From NCBI GenBank assembly GCA_963843455.1, contig CAWJKE010000010.1:71442-135441 (forward strand): 64,000 nt of DNA. Reading direction: 5' to 3'. Of this stretch, positions 47,166-57,211 are shown piece by piece. Source of the stretch: an uncultured Actinomycetota bacterium (GTDB taxonomy: Bacteria > Actinomycetota > Thermoleophilia > RBG-16-64-13). How positions within the stretch are numbered: the first letter of the stretch is position 1; every line of letters starts with the position of its first letter. Both the position numbers and the translations under genes were made by a program. The notes under the pieces are model-generated. The model saw nothing but the letters and a program-made list of their open reading frames with translations, was not told the origin of the DNA and did not search any database.

Positions 47166-49943
47166 ACTACGACGCTTTGGTCATCGGCAGCGGCATCAGC
47201 GGCATGGAGTCGGCGCTCAAGCTGGGCGACATGGGCTACAAGGTCCTGGTGGTCGAGAAGGAAGGCAGCGTCGGCGGGAAGATGATCCTGCTGAGCAAGG
47301 TCTTTCCCACCCTCGACTGCGCGAGCTGCATCTCCACTCCCAAGATGGGAGCCACCATCCACCATCCCAACCTGACCGTGCTCACCTACGCCGAGGTGGA
47401 AAGCATCGAGAGCGAGAACGGTGGGTTTCGGGCCAAGATCAAGCAGAAGGCCCGCTTCGTAGATGAAGCCGCCTGCACCGGCTGCCGACAGTGCGAGATG
47501 GTCTGCAAGGTCGCGGTGCCCGACCAGTTCAATGCCGACCTGGTCTCACGCCGGGCCGCCTACATCGCCTTCCCGCAGGCAGTGCCCAAGAAAGCCGTCA
47601 TCGAGCGCCAGGGCACCTCGCCTTGCACCTACAACTGCCCGGCCGGGATCAGGGCCCACGGCTACATAGCCCTTATCCGCAGCGGCGAGTATGAAAAGGC
47701 GTTCCAACTGGTCGCCGACGCAACGCCTCTGGTCGGCAGCCTCGGCCGCGCCTGCTATGCGCCCTGCGAATCGGAATGCACGCGAGGAGAGCTCGAAGGG
47801 CCGCTCGACATCCGGCGGCTCAAGCGCTTCGTGGCCGACCGGCATTACGCACAGCCCCGGGTCGCCCCGGAGATCGCCCCGCCCAACGGCGGGAAGGTGG
47901 CCATCATCGGCTCCGGCCCCGCCGGCCTGACGGCGGCGTGGCACCTGGCCCGCAAGGGCTACGAGGTCAAGATCTTCGAGGCGGCCTCTCAGCCCGGCGG
48001 CATGCTGCGCCTGGCTCTGCCGCCCTACCGGCTCCCGAACGAGGTCGTCGATGAGGACGTGGCCAATGTCACCGACATCGGCGTGACCATCGCAGACCGA
48101 TACGCGGGTCGAGGATCTGGAAGCTCTCAAGAGCGAGGGCTACGACGCGATCCTGGTGGCTATCGGGACGCATCTGGGAACGAAGCTCCGCGTGCCCGGC
48201 GAGGATCTGCCGGGACGTCATGCGTTCTACCGACTTCCTGCGCGCCGCTAAGCTCGGTGAGCCGCTCGAGATCGAGGGCAAACGAGTGGTGGTGATCGGC
48301 GGCGGTAACGTCGCCATCGACGCGGCCCGTACGGCGGCGCGCCTCGGCGCCTGCCTCGGTCCAGGCCCTGAGCCTGGAGTCACTCCAGGAAATGCCGGCC
48401 CATCCCTCGGAGATCGCGTGAAGCCAAGTCCGAAGGGCGTCAGCTTCAGCCACTCCTGCGGGGTACGGGATTTCGCCGGCGACAGCGGGTGCAGAGCATC
48501 AACCTGCTGCACTGCGAGTCCGTGTTCGACGACCAGGGCAAGTTCAGCCCCAAGTACTTCGAACAAACGCCGCGGGCAGCTATCGAGTGCGACCTGGTCA
48601 TCGTCGCGGCCGGCATGAGGCCGGACTCGGGCGACTTCGGCCTGGAGATCAACCCGTCGGGCACCATCAAGGGTCGACAACGCGACTCTGCAGACCGCAA
48701 CGTTCCCTACGTCTTCGCCGCCGGCGACGTGGTCGCCGGGCCGTCAATGATCACGACTGCGGCAGGGCTTGGCAGCCGGGCAGCGTTCATGATGGACCGC
48801 TGGCTCCAGGGGCAAGATCTCAACCCGGCCGACTTCGACTCCCGGCTTCCGATGGTCGACAAAGTGGCCGTCCTCGGCCGGCAGAAGACCTACACGACCA
48901 TCCAGCCGGTGGTCGCGCGGCATGTGGAGACGCTCAAGCCGGGCGAGTTCTATCCGGACGAGCCGGAGGTCACCGAGGAGGAGGTGCTGGCGAGTGTGAA
49001 CCGCTGCCTTGACTGCGGCGTCTGTTCCGAATGCAACTCCTGCGTGGACATCTGCCCGGCCGATTGCATCGACCTGAACATGAGGGACCAGGACATCGAG
49101 GCCGAGGTGGGCGCCGTCGTTCTGGCCACCGGCTACACGCTCTTCCCTGCCGAACTCAAGCCGCAGTACGGCTTCGGCACGTACAAGAACGTGATCACCG
49201 GCATGCAGATGGACCGGCTTCTCGCTCCCACCCGTCCGTACAACGGGGTCGTCCGCCCGGGCGACGGCAAGGTCCCCGACAACATCGCCTTCATCCTCTG
49301 CACCGGATCCCGCGACGAGACGCTCGGTAACCCAATGTGCTCGCGGATCTGCTGCATGTACTCGGTCAAGCACAACCAGCTCGTCATGGGCGCGCTGCCG
49401 CTGGCCGACGTGACCGTCTACTACATGGACATCCGCACCCCCAGCAAGGGCTACAACGAGTTCTACGAGCAGGCCAAGGGCATGGGCGCCAACTTTGTGA
49501 AGGGCCGCGTGGCCAGCATCGCCGAGAAGGACGATGGCAACCTCGTCCTCAAGTACGAGGATATCGAGACCGGCACCCTGACCGAGATGGAGCACGACAT
49601 GGTGGTCCTTGCGGTAGGGGTGCAGCCCAACGACGAAGCCGCCCATCTGTTCGCCGACGGCATGCTGGCTCTGGACGATTTCGGCTGGGTGGGTGAAACG
49701 GACGAAGACGTGAATCCCGGCGCCACCAACCTCCCCGGCGTGTTCGTCGCCGGTGCGGCGTCCGGAGTCAAGGACATCCCCGATTCGATACTGCACGCCG
49801 GGGGAGCGGCGGCGCAGGTAGCCGCGCACCTCGAGAAGAAGGCCCGTCAGGCGCCGGCTGCGGACGCGGCGCGGGACGCCACCCCCGCCGAGACCGCCAT
49901 GCCAGGCGTCACAGCCGGCCGGGTCGCGGAGGTGGCGAGATGA
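47162..49943 (+). CDS. HdrA-family flavoprotein with inserted GltD/NfnB-like NAD(P)H domain (HdrL-type); several frameshifts 48090-48700
   Basis: GSGISG, GGKM..LSKVFPTLDCASC, PQAVP; then PCTYNCPAG, GRACYAPCE, IIGSGPAGL, VIGGGNVAIDAAR, RCLDCG; then back to HdrA VVLATG, CTGSRD, CSRICCMYS, GVFVAG...KDIPDS. Confidence 0.85.
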
Positions 49944-51739
49944 GTCGGCGTCGCATCGGCGTCTACGTCTGCCACTGCGGCGGCAACATCTCCGACTACG
50001 TCGAGGTCGACAAGGTGGTGGCGGAACTGCAGACCGACCCGGAGGTGATCGTGGCCAGGACCGCCATGTTCACCTGCTCCGATGCCACGCAGCAGGAGAT
50101 CATCGAAGACATCAAAGAGCAGCACCTCGACGGCATCGTGGTAGCTTCCTGCTCTCCGAAGCTGCATACCTTCACTTTCAGGGAAGTGGCGAAGCGAGCG
50201 GGCCTCAGCGCCTACCAGTACACCCAGGTGAACGTCAGAGAGCAGTGCTCCTGGACGCACACCGACGACTTTGCGGGTGCCACTGCCAAGGCGACCCGAC
50301 TGGTCAAAGCGGGCGTCGGCCGGACCCGGCTGACGGTGCCTCTGGAGCCCATCGTGGTCGAGACCGTACCCAAGGCAGTCGTCATCGGCGGGGGTATCGC
50401 CGGTCTGCGCGCGGCGCTCGGGTTGGCCGAGATCGGCATCACGGCGTTCCTGGTGGAGAAGGAGGCGGAGCTTGGCGGCTGGGCGGCCGGTTTCGGTGAC
50501 ATGTATCCCTACGGCAGGAACGGCCGCGAGTTGGTGGCCGGGCTTATCGAAAAGGTCCGCCGTCACCCCGACATCACCGTGTTCACCGGCGCCGAAGTCG
50601 TCCGAAAGTCCGGCAGCTTTGGCAACTACCAGGTGGAGATCAGGGTGGGCCTCGACGGCCGCGCTGGGGCCGAATCCGGCGACGACGGCGGGCAGACCAT
50701 CACGGTGGACGCCGGCTCGATCATCGTCGCGACCGGGTTCGACGCGTATCCGGTCGCGGAGAACGAACTCGGCTACGGACTCGACGGCGTGATCACCCTG
50801 CCGGACTTAAAACAGCTCGTCGAGTCGAGCAACGGCTCGCTCGAGTATCAGGGCAAGCCGGTCAAGAACATCGTCTACATTTACTGCGTCGGCAGCCGGC
50901 AGGACCGCGACGTGGTCGACGGCGCTCACGAGTACTGCTCCCGCTACTGCTGCAACGCGGCCGTCCACGCTTCGCTCCAGGTGGTGGCGAAGCCAGGGCG
51001 TGTGCACCAGTATCACCTGCACCGCGACATCCGCACGTACGGCAAGTACGAGAAGCTGTACGACGAGTCGCTCAACAAGGGCTCGGTGTATCTCAAGGTC
51101 CCCGATGACGAGCCGCCCACAGTAGCGAGGGATCCGGAGACCGGCCGACTGCTTGTCACCACGCGCGACCTTCTGTCCGAGGGCGAGGAGATCGAGATCC
51201 TCGCCGACCTGGTAGTGCTGGTCACCGGAATGGTTCCGCGCGAGAACGAGGACCTGACCAAGACTCTCAAGCTGCCCATCGGGAAGAGCGGCTTCTTCAA
51301 CGAGATCCACCCGAAGCTCCGCCCGGTCGAGACGGTGGTCGACGGCGTCTATATCTGCGGCACCTGCCAGCAGCCGATGAACTCGGCGGAGGCGGTCGCC
51401 TCCGGCCTGGCCGCGGTAACGCAGAGCGCCTCCATCCTCAAGCGGGGCTTCGCGGAACTGGATCCGCTCGTCGCCATGGTGGACACCGACGCCTGCACCT
51501 GGTGCGGCGCGTGTCTGGAGGCCTGCCCGTATGGGGCGCCTCAGCAGGCCGAGGCGGACGGCAAGACGGTCGCCGTCATCGACAAGACCACCTGCAAGGG
51601 CTGCGGCGGCTGCATACCGGTCTGTCCGGTGAAGGCCATCGATCTGGAGGGCTACACCGACGCGCAGATCCGGGCCATGATCGACGGGATGCTTTCGGTC
51701 TCGTCGATGGCGCCTTTGACTGTGGAGGTGCCGGCATGA
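49940..51739 (+). CDS. HdrA/QmoB-like flavoprotein
   Basis: RIGVYVCHCGGNI, VVASCSP, VNVREQCSW, GGGIAG, CVGSR, YCSRYCC, HPKLRPVET, two terminal 4Fe-4S motifs. Confidence 0.92.
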   Translation: MSRRRIGVYVCHCGGNISDYVEVDKVVAELQTDPEVIVARTAMFTCSDATQQEIIEDIKEQHLDGIVVASCSPKLHTFTFREVAKRAGLSAYQYTQVNVREQCSWTHTDDFAGATAKATRLVKAGVGRTRLTVPLEPIVVETVPKAVVIGGGIAGLRAALGLAEIGITAFLVEKEAELGGWAAGFGDMYPYGRNGRELVAGLIEKVRRHPDITVFTGAEVVRKSGSFGNYQVEIRVGLDGRAGAESGDDGGQTITVDAGSIIVATGFDAYPVAENELGYGLDGVITLPDLKQLVESSNGSLEYQGKPVKNIVYIYCVGSRQDRDVVDGAHEYCSRYCCNAAVHASLQVVAKPGRVHQYHLHRDIRTYGKYEKLYDESLNKGSVYLKVPDDEPPTVARDPETGRLLVTTRDLLSEGEEIEILADLVVLVTGMVPRENEDLTKTLKLPIGKSGFFNEIHPKLRPVETVVDGVYICGTCQQPMNSAEAVASGLAAVTQSASILKRGFAELDPLVAMVDTDACTWCGACLEACPYGAPQQAEADGKTVAVIDKTTCKGCGGCIPVCPVKAIDLEGYTDAQIRAMIDGMLSVSSMAPLTVEVPA

Positions 51740-52014
51740 GCACCACTGAGCCGGGCGCCGCCGGAACGAGCGCGCCCATCCGCGAGGTACGCGAGATCGT
51801 CCGCGAGGAGCACCTCATGCGAGGCCGCATCCAGAAGCTCCTCGAAGACGGCGCCCTGACCATCCCCGAGATCGCCGAGGGCCTCGGCTCTCCGACGTCT
51901 GAGGTGACCTACTGGGTCATGGGCATGCGCAAGTACGGATACGTGCGAGAGGAAAAAGAGGCCACGGACGAGGGCTACTTCCGTTATCAGGCGATCGAGA
52001 GAGAGATCGGATGA
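51736..52014 (+). CDS. Small winged-helix protein within the hdr operon
   Basis: LEDGALTIPEIAEGLG...V.YWVMGMRKYG; ATGA overlaps on both sides. Confidence 0.7.
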   Translation: MSTTEPGAAGTSAPIREVREIVREEHLMRGRIQKLLEDGALTIPEIAEGLGSPTSEVTYWVMGMRKYGYVREEKEATDEGYFRYQAIEREIG

Positions 52015-53177
52015 GCACCAGAGTAAACCCAGAACTCGTCGACGAGCTTGCCGCCTATGGGGCCGAGGACGTGCAGAAGTGCTTCAACTGCGGCAACTGC
52101 ACCGCCACCTGCTCGCTCGCCGAAGAGCACGAGAACTTCCCCCGGCGCTCGATGCGCGCCCTCCAACTGGGCAGGGAAGACAAGCTGAAGGCCGGTCTAG
52201 AGCCTTGGCTCTGCTACTACTGCGGTGAATGCTCCACCATGTGCCCCCGCGGCGCCTCCCCGGGCGAGACCATGATGAGTCTTCGGCGCTGGTTGACCTC
52301 GCGCTACGACTTCACCGGCATCAGCCGGGTGTTCTACCGGCGTCCGCGGGTGGAAATGATATCGGTGATCGTCGTGGCACTACTGACCGCGATCGGGTTC
52401 ACGCTGTTCGGCCTCATGAACGGCGACATCCACCAGTACAACGGGCCTGATGCTTTCCTCCCGGCCTCCGTGATCCACATCTTCGACTGGGTGCTCGCGG
52501 GGATACTCCTGGCCTTCCTCATCCCCAACATGATCCGAATGTGGTGGTTCACGATCGGCCGGGAGACCACGGGGCGCTCCGGCACCATGCGCCTCTCAGC
52601 CGGCGCCTACCTCAGGTCCATCTATCAGTTCCCGCTGCACTTCATCACCCAGAAGCGCTACGGACAGTGCGAGCGCAAGCGGCCGTGGGTTGTTCACCTG
52701 GCCCTCATGCTGAGCTACGTGACCATGCTCGTGCTCATCATGTTCTTTCTCGAGTACATGTGGTCCGGGCCCGCGATCGATTGGCGCGTCCACGTGTTCG
52801 GCTATCTGGCCAGCGCCGGCCTGATCTTCGCCACCCTGTGGGCGATCGTGGGCCGGCTGAAGAAGATGGAGGCCCAGCACCAGCATTCGCACGAGAGCGA
52901 CTGGATCTTCCTGATCCTGCTGCTCGTGGTAGCGCTGACCGGAGTGCTGCAGCACGTGCTTCACAGGGCGGACGCCGACGTAGCGGCCAACGTGGTCTAC
53001 GTGGTGCACCTCATGGCAGTCGTGCCGATGCTGGGACTCGAGGTTCCCTTCAGTAAATGGTCGCACATGGCTTATCGCCCGCTGGCCATGTACTTCGCGA
53101 CCCTGCGCAAGCAGATGGTGCCGGCACCGGTGCCTGAGGAAGCCCCCGGCGACATGCAGACCGAGCCCGTCGCCTGA
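52011..53177 (+). CDS. QmoC-like protein (HdrC-type 2x[4Fe-4S] plus NarI/HdrE-like membrane domain)
   Basis: CFNCGNCTATC, WLCYYCGECSTMCPR, about 6 TM with His residues (VHL, VHV, VHL, PFSKWSH). Confidence 0.85.
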   Translation: MSTRVNPELVDELAAYGAEDVQKCFNCGNCTATCSLAEEHENFPRRSMRALQLGREDKLKAGLEPWLCYYCGECSTMCPRGASPGETMMSLRRWLTSRYDFTGISRVFYRRPRVEMISVIVVALLTAIGFTLFGLMNGDIHQYNGPDAFLPASVIHIFDWVLAGILLAFLIPNMIRMWWFTIGRETTGRSGTMRLSAGAYLRSIYQFPLHFITQKRYGQCERKRPWVVHLALMLSYVTMLVLIMFFLEYMWSGPAIDWRVHVFGYLASAGLIFATLWAIVGRLKKMEAQHQHSHESDWIFLILLLVVALTGVLQHVLHRADADVAANVVYVVHLMAVVPMLGLEVPFSKWSHMAYRPLAMYFATLRKQMVPAPVPEEAPGDMQTEPVA

Positions 53178-53214
53178 ACTAGCAGTACACCGCAAGATCG
53201 AGCAAGGAGATCCC

Positions 53215-53694
53215 ATGGCAGACACAACGAAAAAGACCATCATCCTTTTCAGCGGTGACTTCGACAAAGTCATGGCCGCCCTCATCATCGCGAACGGTGC
53301 CGCCGCCATGGGCGACGACGTCACCATCTTCTGCACGTTCTGGGGTCTGAACGCCCTCCGTAAGCCGGAGAAAGTCAAGACCGAGAAGAAGTTCCTGCAG
53401 GGCATGTTCGGCAAGATGATGCCCCGCGGTATCAACAAGCTGGGCATGTCGAAGATGAACTTCGCAGGCATGGGCGTGCCCATGATGAACAAAGTGATGA
53501 AAGCCGAGGGGGCCATGACGCTGCAGCAGCTACTGGACGCCGCGATAGAGCAGGGCGTCAAGCTGATCGCCTGCACCATGACCATGGATCTTCTGGGCTT
53601 CAAGAAGGAAGAGCTCCTGGACGGGGTCGAATACGCCGGCGTCGCTGCCTACCTGGCTGAGGCGGACGAGGCGAACGTCAATCTGTTTATCTAG
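53215..53694 (+). CDS. DsrE2/DrsE-like sulfurtransferase 2
   Basis: FSGDFDKVMAALIIANGA, FCTFWGL, IACTMTMDLLG, AGVAAYL, NLFI. Confidence 0.9.
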   Translation: MADTTKKTIILFSGDFDKVMAALIIANGAAAMGDDVTIFCTFWGLNALRKPEKVKTEKKFLQGMFGKMMPRGINKLGMSKMNFAGMGVPMMNKVMKAEGAMTLQQLLDAAIEQGVKLIACTMTMDLLGFKKEELLDGVEYAGVAAYLAEADEANVNLFI

Positions 53695-53703
53695 CAGCAG
53701 CAC

Positions 53704-54204
53704 TTGAGGCCGACCTGGGAGTATCGACGGCGTCACTATCATCGTCCTTCTGAGCTGCTGCATGATCTGCGCGCGCTTCGGCGTCAACGGTCCCGGATCA
53801 ACGGCATGGGGAGGGGCACGTTGATCGACCGAGCCTTCCAGGAGCGCCTGATGCTGACGGTGACCGAAGTGAATGGCTGCCGCTACTGCGAGTATGCGCA
53901 CGCCAGGATGGCGTTGGCCGCCGGTGTCACGCGCGCGGATGTAGAGGCACTGGGCGTAGGGCGGCTAGACGGATGTCCACCGGAAGAAATCCCCGCTTTG
54001 CTCTACGCTCAGCACTGGGCGGAGATGGGTGCCGAGCCCGAACCAGAAGCCCGTCAACGCGTTCTGGAGACCTACGGGCAGGCGAAGACCGAGGCCATAG
54101 AACTATCGATGCGCATGATCCGGGTGGGCAACCTCACCGGCAACACCTGGGACTACTTGATGTATCGCGCTTCTTTTGGCCGCTGGGGGAACACACAGCG
54201 TTGA
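53704..54204 (+). CDS. AhpD/carboxymuconolactone decarboxylase family protein
   Basis: ERLMLTVTEVNGCRYCEYAH. Confidence 0.82.
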   Translation: MRPTWEYRRRHYHRPSELLHDLRALRRQRSRINGMGRGTLIDRAFQERLMLTVTEVNGCRYCEYAHARMALAAGVTRADVEALGVGRLDGCPPEEIPALLYAQHWAEMGAEPEPEARQRVLETYGQAKTEAIELSMRMIRVGNLTGNTWDYLMYRASFGRWGNTQR

Positions 54205-54235
54205 TGCACCCCCCATCTCACGAAGTTGCGAACGG

Positions 54236-54739
54236 CTACCGTCTTCCCGCCAGTCGGACGGCCGCCCTCTTCTCGACGTCAAGGGTAAGCGTGTTCGGGT
54301 CTCCGTAATGGAGTGCTTTGCTCGGGCAGACTCTGACGCAGGCCGGCTCGAGCCCCGCTTCAAGGCGGGCACTGCACAGGTCGCATTTCTGCATCGTGCC
54401 GTCCCCGCCGAAACGGGGTACCCCGAAAGGACAGGCTATCGAGCAGCTGTGACATCCGATACATAGCTGAGCGTCGATCCGCACAGCGCGGGTCGCAGCA
54501 TCCCGGGAGATGGCCCCGGTGGGGCAAGCAACACGACACGGGGCGTCCTCGCAGTGCATGCAGGCCATGGAAACGTAGCGAAGCCGGGCCTCTGGATAGG
54601 CGCCCGATTCTACGGTGAAGACTTGGCGCCAGGCGGTGGGCTCCCCACCTACCTCCAAATCGTTCTGATCCATACAGGCGACCGCACATGCCATGCAGCC
54701 GACGCAGCGGTCGAGGTCGAGGCGAAGGGCGTAGCTCAT
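54236..54739 (-). CDS. DmsB/NrfC-type 4Fe-4S subunit
   Basis: CVGCMACAVAC, CMHCEDAPC..CP, CIGCHSCSIACP, KCDLC..PACVRVCP. Confidence 0.92.
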   Translation of the reverse strand: MSYALRLDLDRCVGCMACAVACMDQNDLEVGGEPTAWRQVFTVESGAYPEARLRYVSMACMHCEDAPCRVACPTGAISRDAATRAVRIDAQLCIGCHSCSIACPFGVPRFGGDGTMQKCDLCSARLEAGLEPACVRVCPSKALHYGDPNTLTLDVEKRAAVRLAGRR

Positions 54740-56964
54740 TTCGGTGCCTCCGGGGTCACTGCCTTGCCGGGCATCTTCCGCACCGCGCAAAGTGCCGCCT
54801 TGTAGCCGGGAAAACCCGAGATGGGATCGAGGTAGTCACCTTCGAGAAGCCTGTTCACGTCGGCCTCCGGGTACCCGTGAAACATGTGCACGTCTCCGGG
54901 CCGGATCATGTGCGAGAGGTTGGCCCGCACCCAGATCGACCCGGTCGGGGTAGCAAGCTCGATGGCATCGCCCTGGGCTATGCCGAGTGCGCTGGCGTCC
55001 GCGGGATTGAGGTCTGCCGCCGCATCCGGTCGGAGGCTGCGTACCCAGGGCAGACGAAACAGGCGCGAATGGATGAACATCGGTAGGCGGGCCCCGGTAC
55101 TCAGCACGAAGGGGTAGGCCTTGGCCCTCTCCGGTGAGGACACCGGGCTAAAGGGCGGCTCCGCGTAGATAGGAAGTCCATCGATGCCCGGGAGGTCGGA
55201 GTACTTCTCAAGAATGGACGAGGAGAACTCCATCTTGCCGCTGGGCGTACGGAAGCCAGATTTCTCGTATCCCCTGTGGGTGGTCGGGCTCGGACTGGGG
55301 ACCGGCATGCCGGCTGGGTGGGTCTTCAATTCCGCGATGCGCATGCCGCTTGGTTCTAGGATCCAATCAAACGCGGCCTCAAGAGCGCCGCCAAAGTCTG
55401 GAGCACCGTTGGGGAGGTAGCCACCCCGGTCTCCGCCGGCGGCCGGCACCTCATAATCGAGCCCCAGTTTGTCGGCCAGGGCAAAGATGATGTCGAAGTC
55501 CGAGCGCGACTCCCCCAGAGGTTCGATGACGGGAGTCGTGTAGACGATGTACTTCTGGGGATAGCAGCGCAGCTCGCTCCGTTCGAGGGACGAGCAGGTG
55601 GGAAGGACGATGTCGGCGTGCTTGGCACTGTCGGTAAGAAAGAGATCGACGTCCACGATGAAATCCAGCTTGTCGACCGCCGAGAGAAACCCCTCGGAAT
55701 CAGGCCACAGCCGGTAGTTCATGCCGAAGGCGACCAGCCCCCGCAAGGGATACGGCTCTCCGGTCGCTACCTGTCGGGGAATGTCCATCGACTGGCATTC
55801 GTCCACCATCTCCGTCCATACCGGAAAGCGGGTCTGCCCGACGCGGGGGGGCAGTTCGCTCCACGGCCGGGACAGCTCGAACTCGTGCTCGCGGGTGGTA
55901 AATCCGGCCCCGGATACATGCAGCCAACTGGGCGACGCCGGGACGTTTCCACCTGGTACGTCGAAGTTGCCGGTCAATCCGATGAGGGCGAGCGTCGCTC
56001 GCTCGCATTGGACCCCGTTCACGTGGTGGACGACCGGGGACGAACTCGGCATCATCGCCGCCGGCTTGCTCGTCGCATAGAGGAGTGCGGCATCTCGGAT
56101 CTTGGCCGCCGGGACTCCCGTTATCTCCTCGGCCCGCTCCAAGGTGAACTCGGCTGCATAGCGGCGGAACTCATCGAAGCCTCGCGTCCATCGCGACACG
56201 AACTCCCGATCATGAAGTCCCTCGGAGATGATGACGGTCGCCATGGCGAGCGCCAGAGCGCCGTCGGTGCCAGGTCGCAACTGGAGGTGGATATCGGCGA
56301 TGGAGGCCAGAGGGGTCACCCGCGGGTCGGCCACGATGAACTTGACGCCGCGGTCGCGGGCATCGAGGAGGTGGCGGGATTGGAGGGTGCTGCCATGAAA
56401 GGGATTGCGCCCAAGAGCGAATAGGCATTTCGTGTTCGCAAGATCCGGGGAGGTCCCCTGACCGTACATGGAACGCCAGGCCATGACGGCGGCCGTGTTG
56501 CAGGCGCTCGACTCCGTGCAGTAGTTGGGTGAGCCATAGAGCATGGCCAGCCTCTGCAAGAAGGGCCGCGGGTGTTTAGGGTACCCACAGTAAAAGACCA
56601 CTGATTGCGGGCCGCTATCGACCTTGATCCTCTGCAGGTTCTCGGCGATGGTATCGAGCGCCTCGGTCCAGGAGATGGGCACCATCTGGCCGCTGCCGCG
56701 GGGTCCCACTCTTTTCATGGGTGTGCGAAGCCGGTCCTCGTGGTAGACCCACTGGCGCTGCGCCGCACCCTTCGCACAGAGCGTGCCGGCATTCTGGGGA
56801 TTCTCCAGGCTGCCCTCGACCTTGATGACCCGGCCGTCCTTGACGTAGCAGTCAAGCCCGCATTGGGTGACGGGGTCGCAGATCGTGCAGACCGACTTCC
56901 GCACTTCGATCCCGGTCTCAATCCCGGGGATCTTGGCCCTGCTCATCCGTTCGAGTCTGTCCAT
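54736..56964 (-). CDS. Cytoplasmic bis-MGD molybdopterin oxidoreductase catalytic subunit (DMSO reductase family)
   Basis: CTICDPVTQC..LCAKG, RLRTPMKR, ISWTEAL, LRPGTDGALAL, DLFLTDSAKHADIVLP, FRTPSGKME; no RR signal. Confidence 0.9.
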   Translation of the reverse strand: MDRLERMSRAKIPGIETGIEVRKSVCTICDPVTQCGLDCYVKDGRVIKVEGSLENPQNAGTLCAKGAAQRQWVYHEDRLRTPMKRVGPRGSGQMVPISWTEALDTIAENLQRIKVDSGPQSVVFYCGYPKHPRPFLQRLAMLYGSPNYCTESSACNTAAVMAWRSMYGQGTSPDLANTKCLFALGRNPFHGSTLQSRHLLDARDRGVKFIVADPRVTPLASIADIHLQLRPGTDGALALAMATVIISEGLHDREFVSRWTRGFDEFRRYAAEFTLERAEEITGVPAAKIRDAALLYATSKPAAMMPSSSPVVHHVNGVQCERATLALIGLTGNFDVPGGNVPASPSWLHVSGAGFTTREHEFELSRPWSELPPRVGQTRFPVWTEMVDECQSMDIPRQVATGEPYPLRGLVAFGMNYRLWPDSEGFLSAVDKLDFIVDVDLFLTDSAKHADIVLPTCSSLERSELRCYPQKYIVYTTPVIEPLGESRSDFDIIFALADKLGLDYEVPAAGGDRGGYLPNGAPDFGGALEAAFDWILEPSGMRIAELKTHPAGMPVPSPSPTTHRGYEKSGFRTPSGKMEFSSSILEKYSDLPGIDGLPIYAEPPFSPVSSPERAKAYPFVLSTGARLPMFIHSRLFRLPWVRSLRPDAAADLNPADASALGIAQGDAIELATPTGSIWVRANLSHMIRPGDVHMFHGYPEADVNRLLEGDYLDPISGFPGYKAALCAVRKMPGKAVTPEAPK

Positions 56965-57064
56965 GCGCCCTCCGGCATCCCGTTGCGCCTGTGCTAGATC
57001 ATGGCCTCGACCCCGGGTCGGGGCTGTCCCTGCATTGTAGGGGATTGACGCGGGGGCGCTAAGA

Positions 57065-57085
57065 GCATTCTCATCTAGCTCTTAC
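57065..57085 (+). promoter_or_regulatory. Candidate OmpR-family (MprA-like) direct-repeat box
   Basis: TCTCAT-N5-TCTTAC; GC(A/T)TTCTCATC is shared with 60738-60748. Confidence 0.4.
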
Positions 57086-57211
57086 CTTCATCTAACCCCC
57101 GATTCTTACACTCCTAACATACCCTGCGAGGTATCGACCGTGGGACCCGGCACTTATCTGGGGACCCGCACCGCGGGGCGCAGTGTGACCTCGACATTAT
57201 GGGAGAAACCG

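Noticed and set aside
48090-48700. In-frame TGA (48419) in HdrA as selenocysteine, or programmed frameshifting
   Set aside because: Homology continues in a different frame after the TGA, and several 1-bp shifts cluster here. This fits sequencing indels, and the position is not a Cys site.
44853-53177. Dissimilatory sulfate reduction (DsrC plus QmoABC)
   Set aside because: DsrC lacks the second Cys, and no aprAB/dsrAB is in the window.
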